In this document: positions 47,594-55,728 of the stretch, piece after piece
How the letters are laid out: the number at the start of each line of letters is the position of its first letter
Position numbering within the stretch: position 1 is the first letter of the stretch
Assembly (NCBI GenBank): GCA_965222015.1
Contig: CBDCTL010000010.1
Span: 47,905-111,904 of the forward strand
Direction of reading: 5' to 3'
Length of the DNA: 64,000 nucleotides
Source: Geminicoccaceae bacterium
Lineage (GTDB): Bacteria; Pseudomonadota; Alphaproteobacteria; Geminicoccales; Geminicoccaceae
Made by a program: the position numbers and the translations under genes
The notes under the pieces: generated by a model
What the model was told of the DNA's origin: nothing
The model's input: the letters and a program-made list of their open reading frames with translations, nothing else
Database searches by the model: none

Positions 47594-48157
47594 ATGTCGA
47601 AGCGAAGCTCTCTGGCGCTGTTCTGCGCCCTCGGCACGATGGCGGTGTCCGGTCCTTCCGACGCCGCCGAGCTGTCGTCGGCGGAGGGCCCGGTCGTGCT
47701 CACCATCGCGGGCGAAATCGAGAACACCAACCGTCCCGCGTTCGACGCTTTCAAGGATCCGTTCATCAACTATCACGAACGCCCCTTCGAGAAGGCGGCG
47801 GAATTCGATGCCTCCATGCTCGAAGCGCTCGGCATGCACGAGTTCGAAGTCAACTACGAAGACTGGCCCGAGCCCGTCACGCTCGCCGGCCCCCGCCTCG
47901 CCGACCTTCTGGACGCCGTCGGCGCGGATCCGGAGACGATGATGGTCCTGGCGCTCGACGGATTTGCCGTCGATCTGTCCGCCGAGGTCCTGGAAAGCGA
48001 GGACTGGATCGTCGCGATCAAGCAGAACGGCGCCTATATGGGCCTCGGCCAGCGCGGACCCGCCTGGGTGGCGTTCGACCCCGGCGACGACAAGACGATC
48101 ACGCCCGAAGAGGAGGGAAGCTGGCCCTGGGCGGCGTTCTTCATCGAAATCAAGTAG
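47594..48157 (+). CDS. Secreted paralog of the 45197 protein (Oxidored_molyb-like)
   Basis: Signal peptide LALFCALGTMAVSGPSDAA. LAGPRLADLLDAVG...ALDGFAVDL...IVAIKQNGAYM...RGPAWVAFDP parallels 45197..45715. Confidence 0.6.
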   Translation: MSKRSSLALFCALGTMAVSGPSDAAELSSAEGPVVLTIAGEIENTNRPAFDAFKDPFINYHERPFEKAAEFDASMLEALGMHEFEVNYEDWPEPVTLAGPRLADLLDAVGADPETMMVLALDGFAVDLSAEVLESEDWIVAIKQNGAYMGLGQRGPAWVAFDPGDDKTITPEEEGSWPWAAFFIEIK

Positions 48158-48182
48158 ACGTTCCGGCCTGCGCGGGCGGCTC

Positions 48183-48632
48183 TCAGTGCTTCATCATCGT
48201 CGCGTCGACGGTGAGATGGCTGGGGGCCTCCGCCCAGAGTTTCTCGATCATCTGATCGAACAGGAGAATTTCGGAGAACGGCACACTCAGCGAAAGGCTG
48301 ACGTCGACCACGCCGTCGGTTTCGCTTTCGTCGACCGTGACCTCGGCCTTCACGTCGGTGGATTCCGCGAGCCTTTTGAGGACGAACGCCTCGACGTCGT
48401 TCTTTTCGAGCGCGCCGACGGCGAAGCGGCGCGTCGCGTCCCGAACGATGTCGCTGAGCTGATTGCGTACCAGATAGACGTTCGACATCTCGATAATGGC
48501 GAGGATCAGGAGCAGCACGAAGGGCAGCATCAGGGCGAACTCGACCGCGCCGGCGCCGCGCCTGCCGTCGCCGCCGGCGATCAGACGCTGCGCGGTCCGT
48601 CTCATCGATGCGATATGTCGCCCGCTGAACAT
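48183..48632 (-). CDS. TadE/TadG-like pilus assembly protein
   Basis: GAGAVEFALMLPFVLLLILAIIEMSNVY is the TadE N-terminal signature. No other tad genes lie nearby. Confidence 0.7.
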   Translation of the reverse strand: MFSGRHIASMRRTAQRLIAGGDGRRGAGAVEFALMLPFVLLLILAIIEMSNVYLVRNQLSDIVRDATRRFAVGALEKNDVEAFVLKRLAESTDVKAEVTVDESETDGVVDVSLSLSVPFSEILLFDQMIEKLWAEAPSHLTVDATMMKH

Positions 48633-48787
48633 GAAGTGCGACGGCCTCGTCTCTCGGATTCTGCTGCAACGGTTCTAGACCATTTACGTTAAGGACGAGT
48701 TAACGCCGGCGGACGACACCGCAGCTTCCGCCGGGAGGCGAGGGCCGGCGCGTCTCTCCGGCTCGATTTTCTACCGAGGATGCTCTA

Positions 48788-48814
48788 GTGGTATGACCAC
48801 GGTGGTATGACCAC
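48788..48814. promoter_or_regulatory. Two tandem copies of the palindrome GTGGTATGACCAC
   Basis: Copies at 48788-48800 and 48802-48814 are identical 13-bp perfect palindromes spaced 14 bp apart, in the intergenic region between the TadE-like gene and yajQ. Confidence 0.4.
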
Positions 48815-48962
48815 ATCATCTGGTTCTCTTCCGCAGTTGCCAAGATTGACGGTTTGCCGCCGAGTTTTGTCGATGCCGAGGGGATCTTTCGTATCGAACG
48901 CACCGCGAGATCCCTGAAATCGACTCCCCATTCCCCCGCACGCACATCTTCGGATCAAACTC

Positions 48963-49448
48963 ATGCCCAGCTTCGACATCGTTTCCAAGACCGAGATTCC
49001 CGAGGTCGACAACGCGCTGCAGGGGGCCAGACGCGAGATCGAGACGCGCTACGACTTCAAGGGCAGCGCCTGCTCGATCGAGCGCAGCGGCGAGACGCTC
49101 ACGATCAATGCGGATGACGACTTCAAGCTGAAGCAGGTGCAGGAACTCCTGCGCGGCCACATGGCGAAACGCAAGGTCGACACCCGCGCCTTCGACTTCC
49201 AGAAGCCGGAAAAGGCCAGCGGCAACAGCCTCCGCCAGACCGTCGCGATCAAGCAGGGCGTCGACCGCGAGCTCGCCCAGAAGATCGTGAAGGCGATCAA
49301 ATCAGAAAAACTCAAGGTCCAGGTCGCCATCCAGGGCGACGAACTCCGCGTCTCCGGCAAAAAACGCGACGACCTCCAAAGCGCCATCGCCTTCGTCAAG
49401 GGCCAGAAATACGACCACCCGCTGCAATATGTGAATTTTCGGGATTGA
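48963..49448 (+). CDS. yajQ: YajQ-family (UPF0234) nucleotide / cyclic-di-GMP-binding protein
   Basis: MPSFDIVSKTEIPEVDNALQGARREIETRYDFKGS... 161 aa, the canonical YajQ family pattern. Confidence 0.9.
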   Translation: MPSFDIVSKTEIPEVDNALQGARREIETRYDFKGSACSIERSGETLTINADDDFKLKQVQELLRGHMAKRKVDTRAFDFQKPEKASGNSLRQTVAIKQGVDRELAQKIVKAIKSEKLKVQVAIQGDELRVSGKKRDDLQSAIAFVKGQKYDHPLQYVNFRD

Positions 49449-49664
49449 GGCGCCAGTGGCACCGGGCTGGACTTGCCTGAGACTGATTTGGCGGTTTGGG
49501 GTCAGCTTTGGTGGTGCCGTTGCCGGCAGCGGAGCTAGGGGCATGCTCGACAGAGATGGCGATTTGTCCGAAAGCTAGGAATTCCTTATAAGATGATGCT
49601 CTAGTTTAGCGATAGAAGCCAGAAGCACTGGGCAAATTCCCGATACCTATGTTGGAAGTATTCT

Positions 49665-50486
49665 GTGGTGAGAAGCGCAAACAAAAACGCCAGGAAAGAC
49701 GAAGTAAAGATAGTTTTCTGTAGCAAGCGTACCGAAGAAGCATACTATATCTTCAATAGAAATGCATTTCCAGAAAAATTAGGTGATTATGTCGACGAAT
49801 GTGCGACAAAATTTTCCATGTTCAGGCATTGCGTTCAACAAACTTTTGCGCAAATCGAAGCAGATTTTGGGAGATTTGAGAATCGCCTTGATAAGCAAAA
49901 CCAAAACGGAGAACTGGATAATTTATTGATAAAAAACGATCATGTTAAAATAGTATGCTGTTATGATAGTGACAACTATATAACTTTCTTTGTTTCTAGT
50001 CTGGTTTACCTGAAAGCTTTTTTTGATGTCTATGCAAATCTTATAAAACAATCAATAGATCCAGGCTATAGAATAAGATTCGATTCCGGAAAAATAAAGG
50101 CTGACGGCGGAAAAATTTCTGGTGGAAAATTTATCAACTGGCTTAGTGAAATCAGCAAATGCCAACACATAGAACTTTCAAATTTATTTCTTCTACACTC
50201 ACGTGATTGGATCGACTGTGCCGTAGGATACCGAAATAAGTTAGCGCACTATGGTGATATTTTCGAATTGCATCGAATGAGAGTTGTTTTGCAAGCCAGA
50301 CGAAAACCTTTATACTGCATGTCCGAAGTCGAGCCTCCGACAATGCCGGATGGGCAAGATGTGCGATTATATGTTCAAAGTCTTGCCGATCGTCTCCAAG
50401 ATTTTTTGGCACGATCAATGCCACTTATTCCCGAAGTGAAGCTAAATTTGGTTGATTTTCGTAGATTTCCGCTAGACTTGAACTGA
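49665..50486 (+). CDS. Hypothetical protein with HEPN-type Rx4H motif (Abi-like RNase candidate)
   Basis: The only long ORF in an AT-rich islet. GYRNKLAHYG (R190-N-K-L-A-H195, nt 50232-50249) fits the R[ND]xxxH HEPN signature. GTG start is uncertain. I recognise no other domain. Confidence 0.55.
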   Translation: MVRSANKNARKDEVKIVFCSKRTEEAYYIFNRNAFPEKLGDYVDECATKFSMFRHCVQQTFAQIEADFGRFENRLDKQNQNGELDNLLIKNDHVKIVCCYDSDNYITFFVSSLVYLKAFFDVYANLIKQSIDPGYRIRFDSGKIKADGGKISGGKFINWLSEISKCQHIELSNLFLLHSRDWIDCAVGYRNKLAHYGDIFELHRMRVVLQARRKPLYCMSEVEPPTMPDGQDVRLYVQSLADRLQDFLARSMPLIPEVKLNLVDFRRFPLDLN

Positions 50487-50563
50487 GAAGAGCACATACG
50501 TTTCCGAAATTTGGCAAAGGGCGTGTGACGCCGCGCAAAGAACGGCAACGAATCCAGCCGCAA

Positions 50564-50591
50564 GAAAAACCGGCGGCCCGAAGGCCGCCGG
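50564..50591 (-). terminator. Rho-independent terminator of the TRAP substrate-binding-protein gene
   Basis: ccggcggcc-cgaa-ggccgccgg (50570-50591), a 9-bp GC stem followed on the minus strand by a T-run (aaaaa at 50565-50569 on the plus strand). It lies 25 nt after the stop at 50616. Confidence 0.7.
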
Positions 50592-50615
50592 CAGGTCAAC
50601 GAGATCGACGTTCGA

Positions 50616-51671
50616 TTATTGGAGGTAGACGCGCTCGCCGGCCTTGTCGACCTCTTCCAGGAACAGGTTCAGGAGCTCCTCGCCTTTTTCGCCGTAGGCC
50701 GACTTGATCAGATCGATCACCGCCGGCTGCGCCGCCTGCTTGAAGGCTTCCTTGTCCTCCGCCGAGAGTGCGTGGACTTCCATCTTCGACTGCAGCTTGG
50801 GCAGGCCGCGGTCCGAGGCCTCGATGGCGCGGGCGATGCCGCGGGACGCGACGATGCCGGACTTGGCGGCGTAGTGGACGATGTATTTTTCGTCCTCGGT
50901 CAACCCGTCGTAAAACGATTTGTTAACCAGGATGGTGTAGGGGGTGAACAGGTGCTCGGTGAGCGTGAGGTAACCCTGGACCTCCTCGAAGTTGGAGAAC
51001 GCGATGATCGGCACCGGGTTCATCTGGCCGTCGATGACGCCGGTCTGCAGGCCGGAATAGACCTCCGCCCAGGCGAGCGGATAGGCCTCGGCGCCGAGGG
51101 AGTTGATCAGGGTCTGATGGCTTTCAAGGGTCATGGTGCGGATGCGCAGGCCTTCCAGATCCTCGAGCTTGGCGACCGGCTTCTTCGAGTTCGAAATCGA
51201 GAAAAACCCGCCGGTGTCGGCGAAGCCCAGCACCTTGACGTCACCGAGATCGGCCTCGATATCGCGGGCGAGCGCCTGGCCGAACGGTCCGTCGAACACG
51301 TCGTAGACGGCAGAGATGTGCGGGAAGGCGAAGGCGACGTCGATCACGCCGATCTTCGGGTAGTGCGAGGCGAGACCGCCGACCGAGGCGAGGGATGCCT
51401 GGATGACGCCGTCCCGAACCTGCTGGGCGATCTCGAAGTCCTTGCCAAGCTGGCCGTTCGGGAAGATTTCGACCGTGATCTCGCCATTGGTGGCGCTCTC
51501 CACGATGTTCTTGAACACCTTGCCGAAGGCGCCCGCCGGGTTCTCGAACGGATCGTCATTGTTGAGATGCCCGAGCTTCAGCACCTTTTCGGCTGCCGCG
51601 GGCAGCGCGGTCACCCCAAGAGTCAGGGCCAGCACCGCCGGTGCCAGCAGGGCTTTGTGCAGCGTTTTCAT
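50616..51671 (-). CDS. TRAP transporter substrate-binding protein (DctP family)
   Basis: Signal peptide MKTLHKALLAPAVLALTLGVTALPAAA. LKLGHLNNDDPFENPAG... is the DctP-family pattern. ATG 51671 is preferred, after GGGAGA. Confidence 0.9.
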   Translation of the reverse strand: MKTLHKALLAPAVLALTLGVTALPAAAEKVLKLGHLNNDDPFENPAGAFGKVFKNIVESATNGEITVEIFPNGQLGKDFEIAQQVRDGVIQASLASVGGLASHYPKIGVIDVAFAFPHISAVYDVFDGPFGQALARDIEADLGDVKVLGFADTGGFFSISNSKKPVAKLEDLEGLRIRTMTLESHQTLINSLGAEAYPLAWAEVYSGLQTGVIDGQMNPVPIIAFSNFEEVQGYLTLTEHLFTPYTILVNKSFYDGLTEDEKYIVHYAAKSGIVASRGIARAIEASDRGLPKLQSKMEVHALSAEDKEAFKQAAQPAVIDLIKSAYGEKGEELLNLFLEEVDKAGERVYLQ

Positions 51672-51842
51672 GGTCGTCTCCCTTGTTGAACCGGGCCTCC
51701 CTTGGCCCGATCGGATGGTCATCATTGCGCCTTCGGCCGTTGGATCGCCGAAGACGGCGGAAATCTTGGGCGCATACCGTCAATCCTGGCCATGGCGGTC
51801 CGAGTCCATGAGGTGGCCACGCCACCCATGCCACCCACGCCA

Positions 51843-53123
51843 CTAGAGGCCGAACATGCGTGGCAGGAACAGAGCGAGTTCCGGCCAGTAGGCGATCAGG
51901 ATCAGGATGGCGACCTCGGCCAGGAGGAAGGGCCAAAGGGCGCCGGCGATCTTTTCGATGCGCTCGCCGGTCACCGAGGACAGCACGAACAGGCAGGCCC
52001 CGACCGGCGGGGTCATCAGCGAGATGTTGAGCGCAAGCACGAAGACGATGCCGGCATGGATCGGGTCCATGCCGATCGCCACGGTGAGCGGGGCGAGCAC
52101 CGGGGCGAGGATGATCAGGATCGCGGTGATGTCCATGAGCATGCCGACCGTGAGCAGCAGGATCAGGATCAGCGCGATGATGACGTTCGGGTTGTCCGAG
52201 ACGCCGAGAAAACCTGATGCGATCGCCTGTGGGATCTGCATGAAGGCGAGCCACCAGCCGAGGATCGAGGCGGAGGCGATGATCAGGAAGATGACGCCGG
52301 TCACGCGCGCCGTCCTGATCAGCATCTGGATGAAGTCGTCGACGGTGATCGCGCGATAGATGACGACGCCGACGAACAGCGCGTAGGCCACGGCGACCGA
52401 GGCGGCTTCGGTGGGGGTGACCACGCCGCCGAGGATGCCGCCCAGGATGATGATCGGCATGATCAGCGCGACCAGCGAGGATTTGAACGCGCGGAAAATT
52501 TCCATCAGGCTCGGCGCGTCGTCCGCTTTCGGCAGATTGTGGCGCCTCGCGAGGCCGGCGATGATTGCCATGCAGACGAGACAGATCAGAAGGCCCGGCA
52601 GGATGCCGGCCGCGAACAGGCCGCCGATCGATACCCCCATGATCGAGCCGTAGATGACCATCAGGGACGATGGCGGGATGGTCGGGCCGATGATCGATCC
52701 GGCGGCCGTGACCGCACAGGCGAAGGGGCGCTTGTAGCCCTGCTTGACCATGGCCGGCACCAGGGTTTTTCCAAACGCCGCGGCGTCGGCGGTGGCGGCG
52801 CCGGTGATGCCGGCGAAGAAGACGGAGGCGACCATGTTGGTGTGGGCGAGCCCGCCGCGGAGATAGCCGACCAGGGTTTCCGCGAACAGCACCAGGCGCT
52901 GGGTGATGCCGGTGTGGTTCATGATCTCGCCCGCCAGGATGAAGAACGGCATGGCGAGGAACGGAAAGAGGTTGAGCCCGGCGAAGAAGCGTTTCGGCGC
53001 CATGGAAAGAAAGCTGGTGCCGCCCGCATCGATGATCCCGACGACGCCCGCGACGCCGAGCACGAAGCCGATCGGCATGCCGAGTGCCAGGAGCGTGAAG
53101 AACAGGACCAGGACGATGATCAT
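51843..53123 (-). CDS. TRAP transporter large permease (DctM family)
   Basis: 426 aa, ~12 TM. MIIVLVLFFTLLALGMPIGFVLG, PFFILAGEIMN, PPSSLMVIYG. Confidence 0.9.
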   Translation of the reverse strand: MIIVLVLFFTLLALGMPIGFVLGVAGVVGIIDAGGTSFLSMAPKRFFAGLNLFPFLAMPFFILAGEIMNHTGITQRLVLFAETLVGYLRGGLAHTNMVASVFFAGITGAATADAAAFGKTLVPAMVKQGYKRPFACAVTAAGSIIGPTIPPSSLMVIYGSIMGVSIGGLFAAGILPGLLICLVCMAIIAGLARRHNLPKADDAPSLMEIFRAFKSSLVALIMPIIILGGILGGVVTPTEAASVAVAYALFVGVVIYRAITVDDFIQMLIRTARVTGVIFLIIASASILGWWLAFMQIPQAIASGFLGVSDNPNVIIALILILLLTVGMLMDITAILIILAPVLAPLTVAIGMDPIHAGIVFVLALNISLMTPPVGACLFVLSSVTGERIEKIAGALWPFLLAEVAILILIAYWPELALFLPRMFGL

Positions 53124-53743
53124 CGCTCGGCCCTCTTGATCTCGCCGCCCGGCCGAGCGGTGTCGGCCGCCTCGCCGCCGTCCAAGGGCATCGTGTCCTC
53201 AGCGCCGCGCTCGACGTCGGGCTGGGTCTGATCGAGGCGGCCGGCGTCGCGGATTCCGGCGAGCACGATCTGGACGCAGGCGAGAAGTGCCGAGACCGGG
53301 ACCGAAGCGTAGGGGATCGCCATGCTCATGCCGAAGATCATCGCGAACTGCTTGGCACCGGTGCCGGTCATGCCGATTCCGTAGACGAGGAGAAAGGCGA
53401 AAAGCGCGAAGGCGACGACGTCGAACAGGACGAGAAAGGTCTTCTGCAGACCTTCGGGAAAGCGCTCCAGCAGCAGGCGAAAGCCGATATGCTCGCGGCG
53501 CGCGATACCGGACGAGATCGCGAGCAGGGCGGCCCAGATCATCAGGTAGCGGGCAAGTTCCTCGGTCCAGGGGATCTGCACGCGGAGCACATAGCGCGCG
53601 ACCACGCCGAGCCAGACATCGGCCACCAGAAGCGCCATCAGAAGGGCGACGATCCGCTCGACCAGCCAGTTGATGCGCGCGCTGATCGCCGCGGCCCGGT
53701 CGCGGAGCGGTATCGCCGGCGGATCGCTCCGGACGTCGTTCAC
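53120..53743 (-). CDS. TRAP transporter small permease (DctQ family)
   Basis: WTEELARYLMIWAALLAISSGIARREHIGF, four TM, ATGA overlap with the DctM gene. Confidence 0.85.
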   Translation of the reverse strand: MNDVRSDPPAIPLRDRAAAISARINWLVERIVALLMALLVADVWLGVVARYVLRVQIPWTEELARYLMIWAALLAISSGIARREHIGFRLLLERFPEGLQKTFLVLFDVVAFALFAFLLVYGIGMTGTGAKQFAMIFGMSMAIPYASVPVSALLACVQIVLAGIRDAGRLDQTQPDVERGAEDTMPLDGGEAADTARPGGEIKRAER

Positions 53744-53867
53744 CGTCTTCGGTCGACGCGATATGTTCGGCTCACGGGCTTCGTCCCCGCCATGCTTTTC
53801 GCCTCCCTTGCCTTCCTGTATGCATGGCCGGCGGAAATACTGTCAATGCCGAGGAACGGTGGCCCGA

Positions 53868-54527
53868 ATGCCCGCTCGACCACGCCTTAAGCCGATCACC
53901 GAGCCGTTGAGCGGCCCGGTGCTGGCGCATGCGATCGACCGGCTCGCAGCCATCGACCCGGACATCGAAGCGGCGGTGAGCCGGATCGGCTATCCGATCC
54001 CGCGGCTGCGGCCGCCGGGCTTTCCGACCTTGCTGCGCATCATGGTGTCGCAGCAGGTCTCGACCCGCGCGGCGGCCGCGATCTGGGGGCGGCTCGAGAC
54101 CGCCTGTGATCAGGTGGCGACACCGGAACGCTTCCTCGCCCTCGACGAGGCGGCTCTTCGCGCCGTCGGCCTTTCCGGGCGCAAGATCGACTATGGCCGC
54201 GGCCTTTCCCGCGCGGTGCTTGACGGCACGCTCGACCTCGACGGGCTCGCCGCCCTGCCGGAGGAGGAGGCGATTGCCGAGCTTTGCAGGCTGAAGGGCT
54301 TCGGGCGGTGGAGTGCGGCGATCTACCTCCTCTTCGCGCTCAGCCGCGCCGATGCCTGGCCCGCCGACGATCTCGCTGTCCAGATCGGCATGCAGCGGCT
54401 GAAGGGGCTGGAGGCGCGGCCGGACCGCAAGACCATGGACCATCTCGCCGAAGGCTGGCGCCCCCTTCGCGGCTGTGCCGCGATCCTGCTCTGGCATGTC
54501 TACGGCGCGGCGACCCTGGACGGCTGA
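53868..54527 (+). CDS. DNA-3-methyladenine glycosylase II family (HhH-GPD) protein
   Basis: LLRIMVSQQVSTRAAAAIWGRL, LKGFGRWSAAIYLLFAL, WPADDLAV (catalytic Asp). ATG 53868 is preferred over the ORF-track start at 53670. Confidence 0.85.
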   Translation: MPARPRLKPITEPLSGPVLAHAIDRLAAIDPDIEAAVSRIGYPIPRLRPPGFPTLLRIMVSQQVSTRAAAAIWGRLETACDQVATPERFLALDEAALRAVGLSGRKIDYGRGLSRAVLDGTLDLDGLAALPEEEAIAELCRLKGFGRWSAAIYLLFALSRADAWPADDLAVQIGMQRLKGLEARPDRKTMDHLAEGWRPLRGCAAILLWHVYGAATLDG

Positions 54528-54616
54528 CGTCGGCGAAAGGGTGAATCAAGCCCTGGCCTCGCGCCGGATTTTCTTCTAACCTTCAATCTAAGGTTGATAA
54601 ATTTGGAGCGGGATCC

Positions 54617-55468
54617 ATGGCCCTCGGTCAGGTTCTGCAGCGTTCGGCTTTTCGCTGCCTCGACGTTGTGCTGCCGCCGCGCTGTCTCGGCTGCGGCAGC
54701 GTGGTCGAAGGATCGGATCGCCTTTGCGCCGACTGCTGGCGCGGGCTGACCTTTCTCGGCCCGCCTCTCTGCCGGCTCTGCGGCTACCCTTTGCCTGAAG
54801 CCGCAGCGGAGCTGCCGGTCTGCGGCGTCTGCTCGATCGAGCCGCCGCCGTTCGATCGCGCGCGCGCCGCCCTTCGTTACGACGACGGCGCCCGCGGCAT
54901 GATCCTCCGCTTCAAGCATGCGGATCGAATCGACATCGCGAGCACTTTCGGGCGCATGCTCGCGAACGCCGGCGCCGAGCTGCTCCCGGACTGCGACGTG
55001 ATCGCCCCGGTGCCGCTGCATCGCTGGCGGCTCCTGAAACGCGGCTACAACCAGGCGGCCCTGCTGACGCGGACGCTCTCGGACCTGTCCGGCCGCCCGA
55101 CGGTGCCGGATCTTCTCCAGCGGACCAGGGCGACGGCGTCGCAGCAGGGTCTCGGCAGCGCTAAGCGGCGGCAGAACGTCAACATGAACGCCTTTCGGCC
55201 GCATCCCTGGCATCGCCGGCGCATCGCGGGCCGCCGGGTTCTGCTGATCGACGACGTGCTCACCACCGGCGCCACCATCGAGGCCTGCACGCGCGTGCTG
55301 AAGCGAGCCGGCGCCTCGGCCGTCGACGTGCTGGCCCTCGCCAGGGTGGTCAGGGACGAGGGCAGCACCATATGTAAAATGGACCCGCCAGCGGACGAGG
55401 CGGCGGCCCGTTCGTCGAATTCTGCGCCATCGTCAACCCGAGAGAGACAGCACCTGCCCAATGCCTGA
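54617..55468 (+). CDS. comF: ComF-family phosphoribosyltransferase-domain protein
   Basis: N-terminal double zinc ribbon CLGCGS...CADCW...CRLCGYPL...CGVC. C-terminal PRTase motif VLLIDDVLTTGAT. Confidence 0.8.
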   Translation: MALGQVLQRSAFRCLDVVLPPRCLGCGSVVEGSDRLCADCWRGLTFLGPPLCRLCGYPLPEAAAELPVCGVCSIEPPPFDRARAALRYDDGARGMILRFKHADRIDIASTFGRMLANAGAELLPDCDVIAPVPLHRWRLLKRGYNQAALLTRTLSDLSGRPTVPDLLQRTRATASQQGLGSAKRRQNVNMNAFRPHPWHRRRIAGRRVLLIDDVLTTGATIEACTRVLKRAGASAVDVLALARVVRDEGSTICKMDPPADEAAARSSNSAPSSTRERQHLPNA

Positions 55469-55715
55469 CGTCGAGATCTACACGACCCCGCTATGCCCAT
55501 TTTGCGTGCGGGCCAAGCGCCTTTTGGACAGCAAGAACGTAAGCTACACCGAGATCGATCTCTGGAAGGAGAGGGCCAGGCGCCAGGAGATGATCGAACG
55601 CGCCGACGGGCGCACCTCGGTGCCGCAGGTCTTTATCGACGGCAAGGCGATCGGCGGGTCGGACGACCTCGCCGCCCTCGATCAGTCGGGCGAGCTGGAC
55701 GCGCTTTTGGGCTGA
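55461..55715 (+). CDS. grxC: Glutaredoxin 3
   Basis: 84 aa. IYTTPLCPFCVRAKRLL, TSVPQVFIDGKAIGGSDDL. Confidence 0.9.
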   Translation: MPDVEIYTTPLCPFCVRAKRLLDSKNVSYTEIDLWKERARRQEMIERADGRTSVPQVFIDGKAIGGSDDLAALDQSGELDALLG

Positions 55716-55728
55716 CGCCGGTTCGGCG

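Noticed and set aside
51672-51842. A 170-nt gap between the DctM and DctP genes, with short gccaccc-type repeats and an imperfect hairpin.
   Set aside because: The repeats are only two to three imperfect 9-mers and the stem is interrupted. It is probably an ordinary intercistronic stabiliser or spacer, and there is not enough signal to call a feature.
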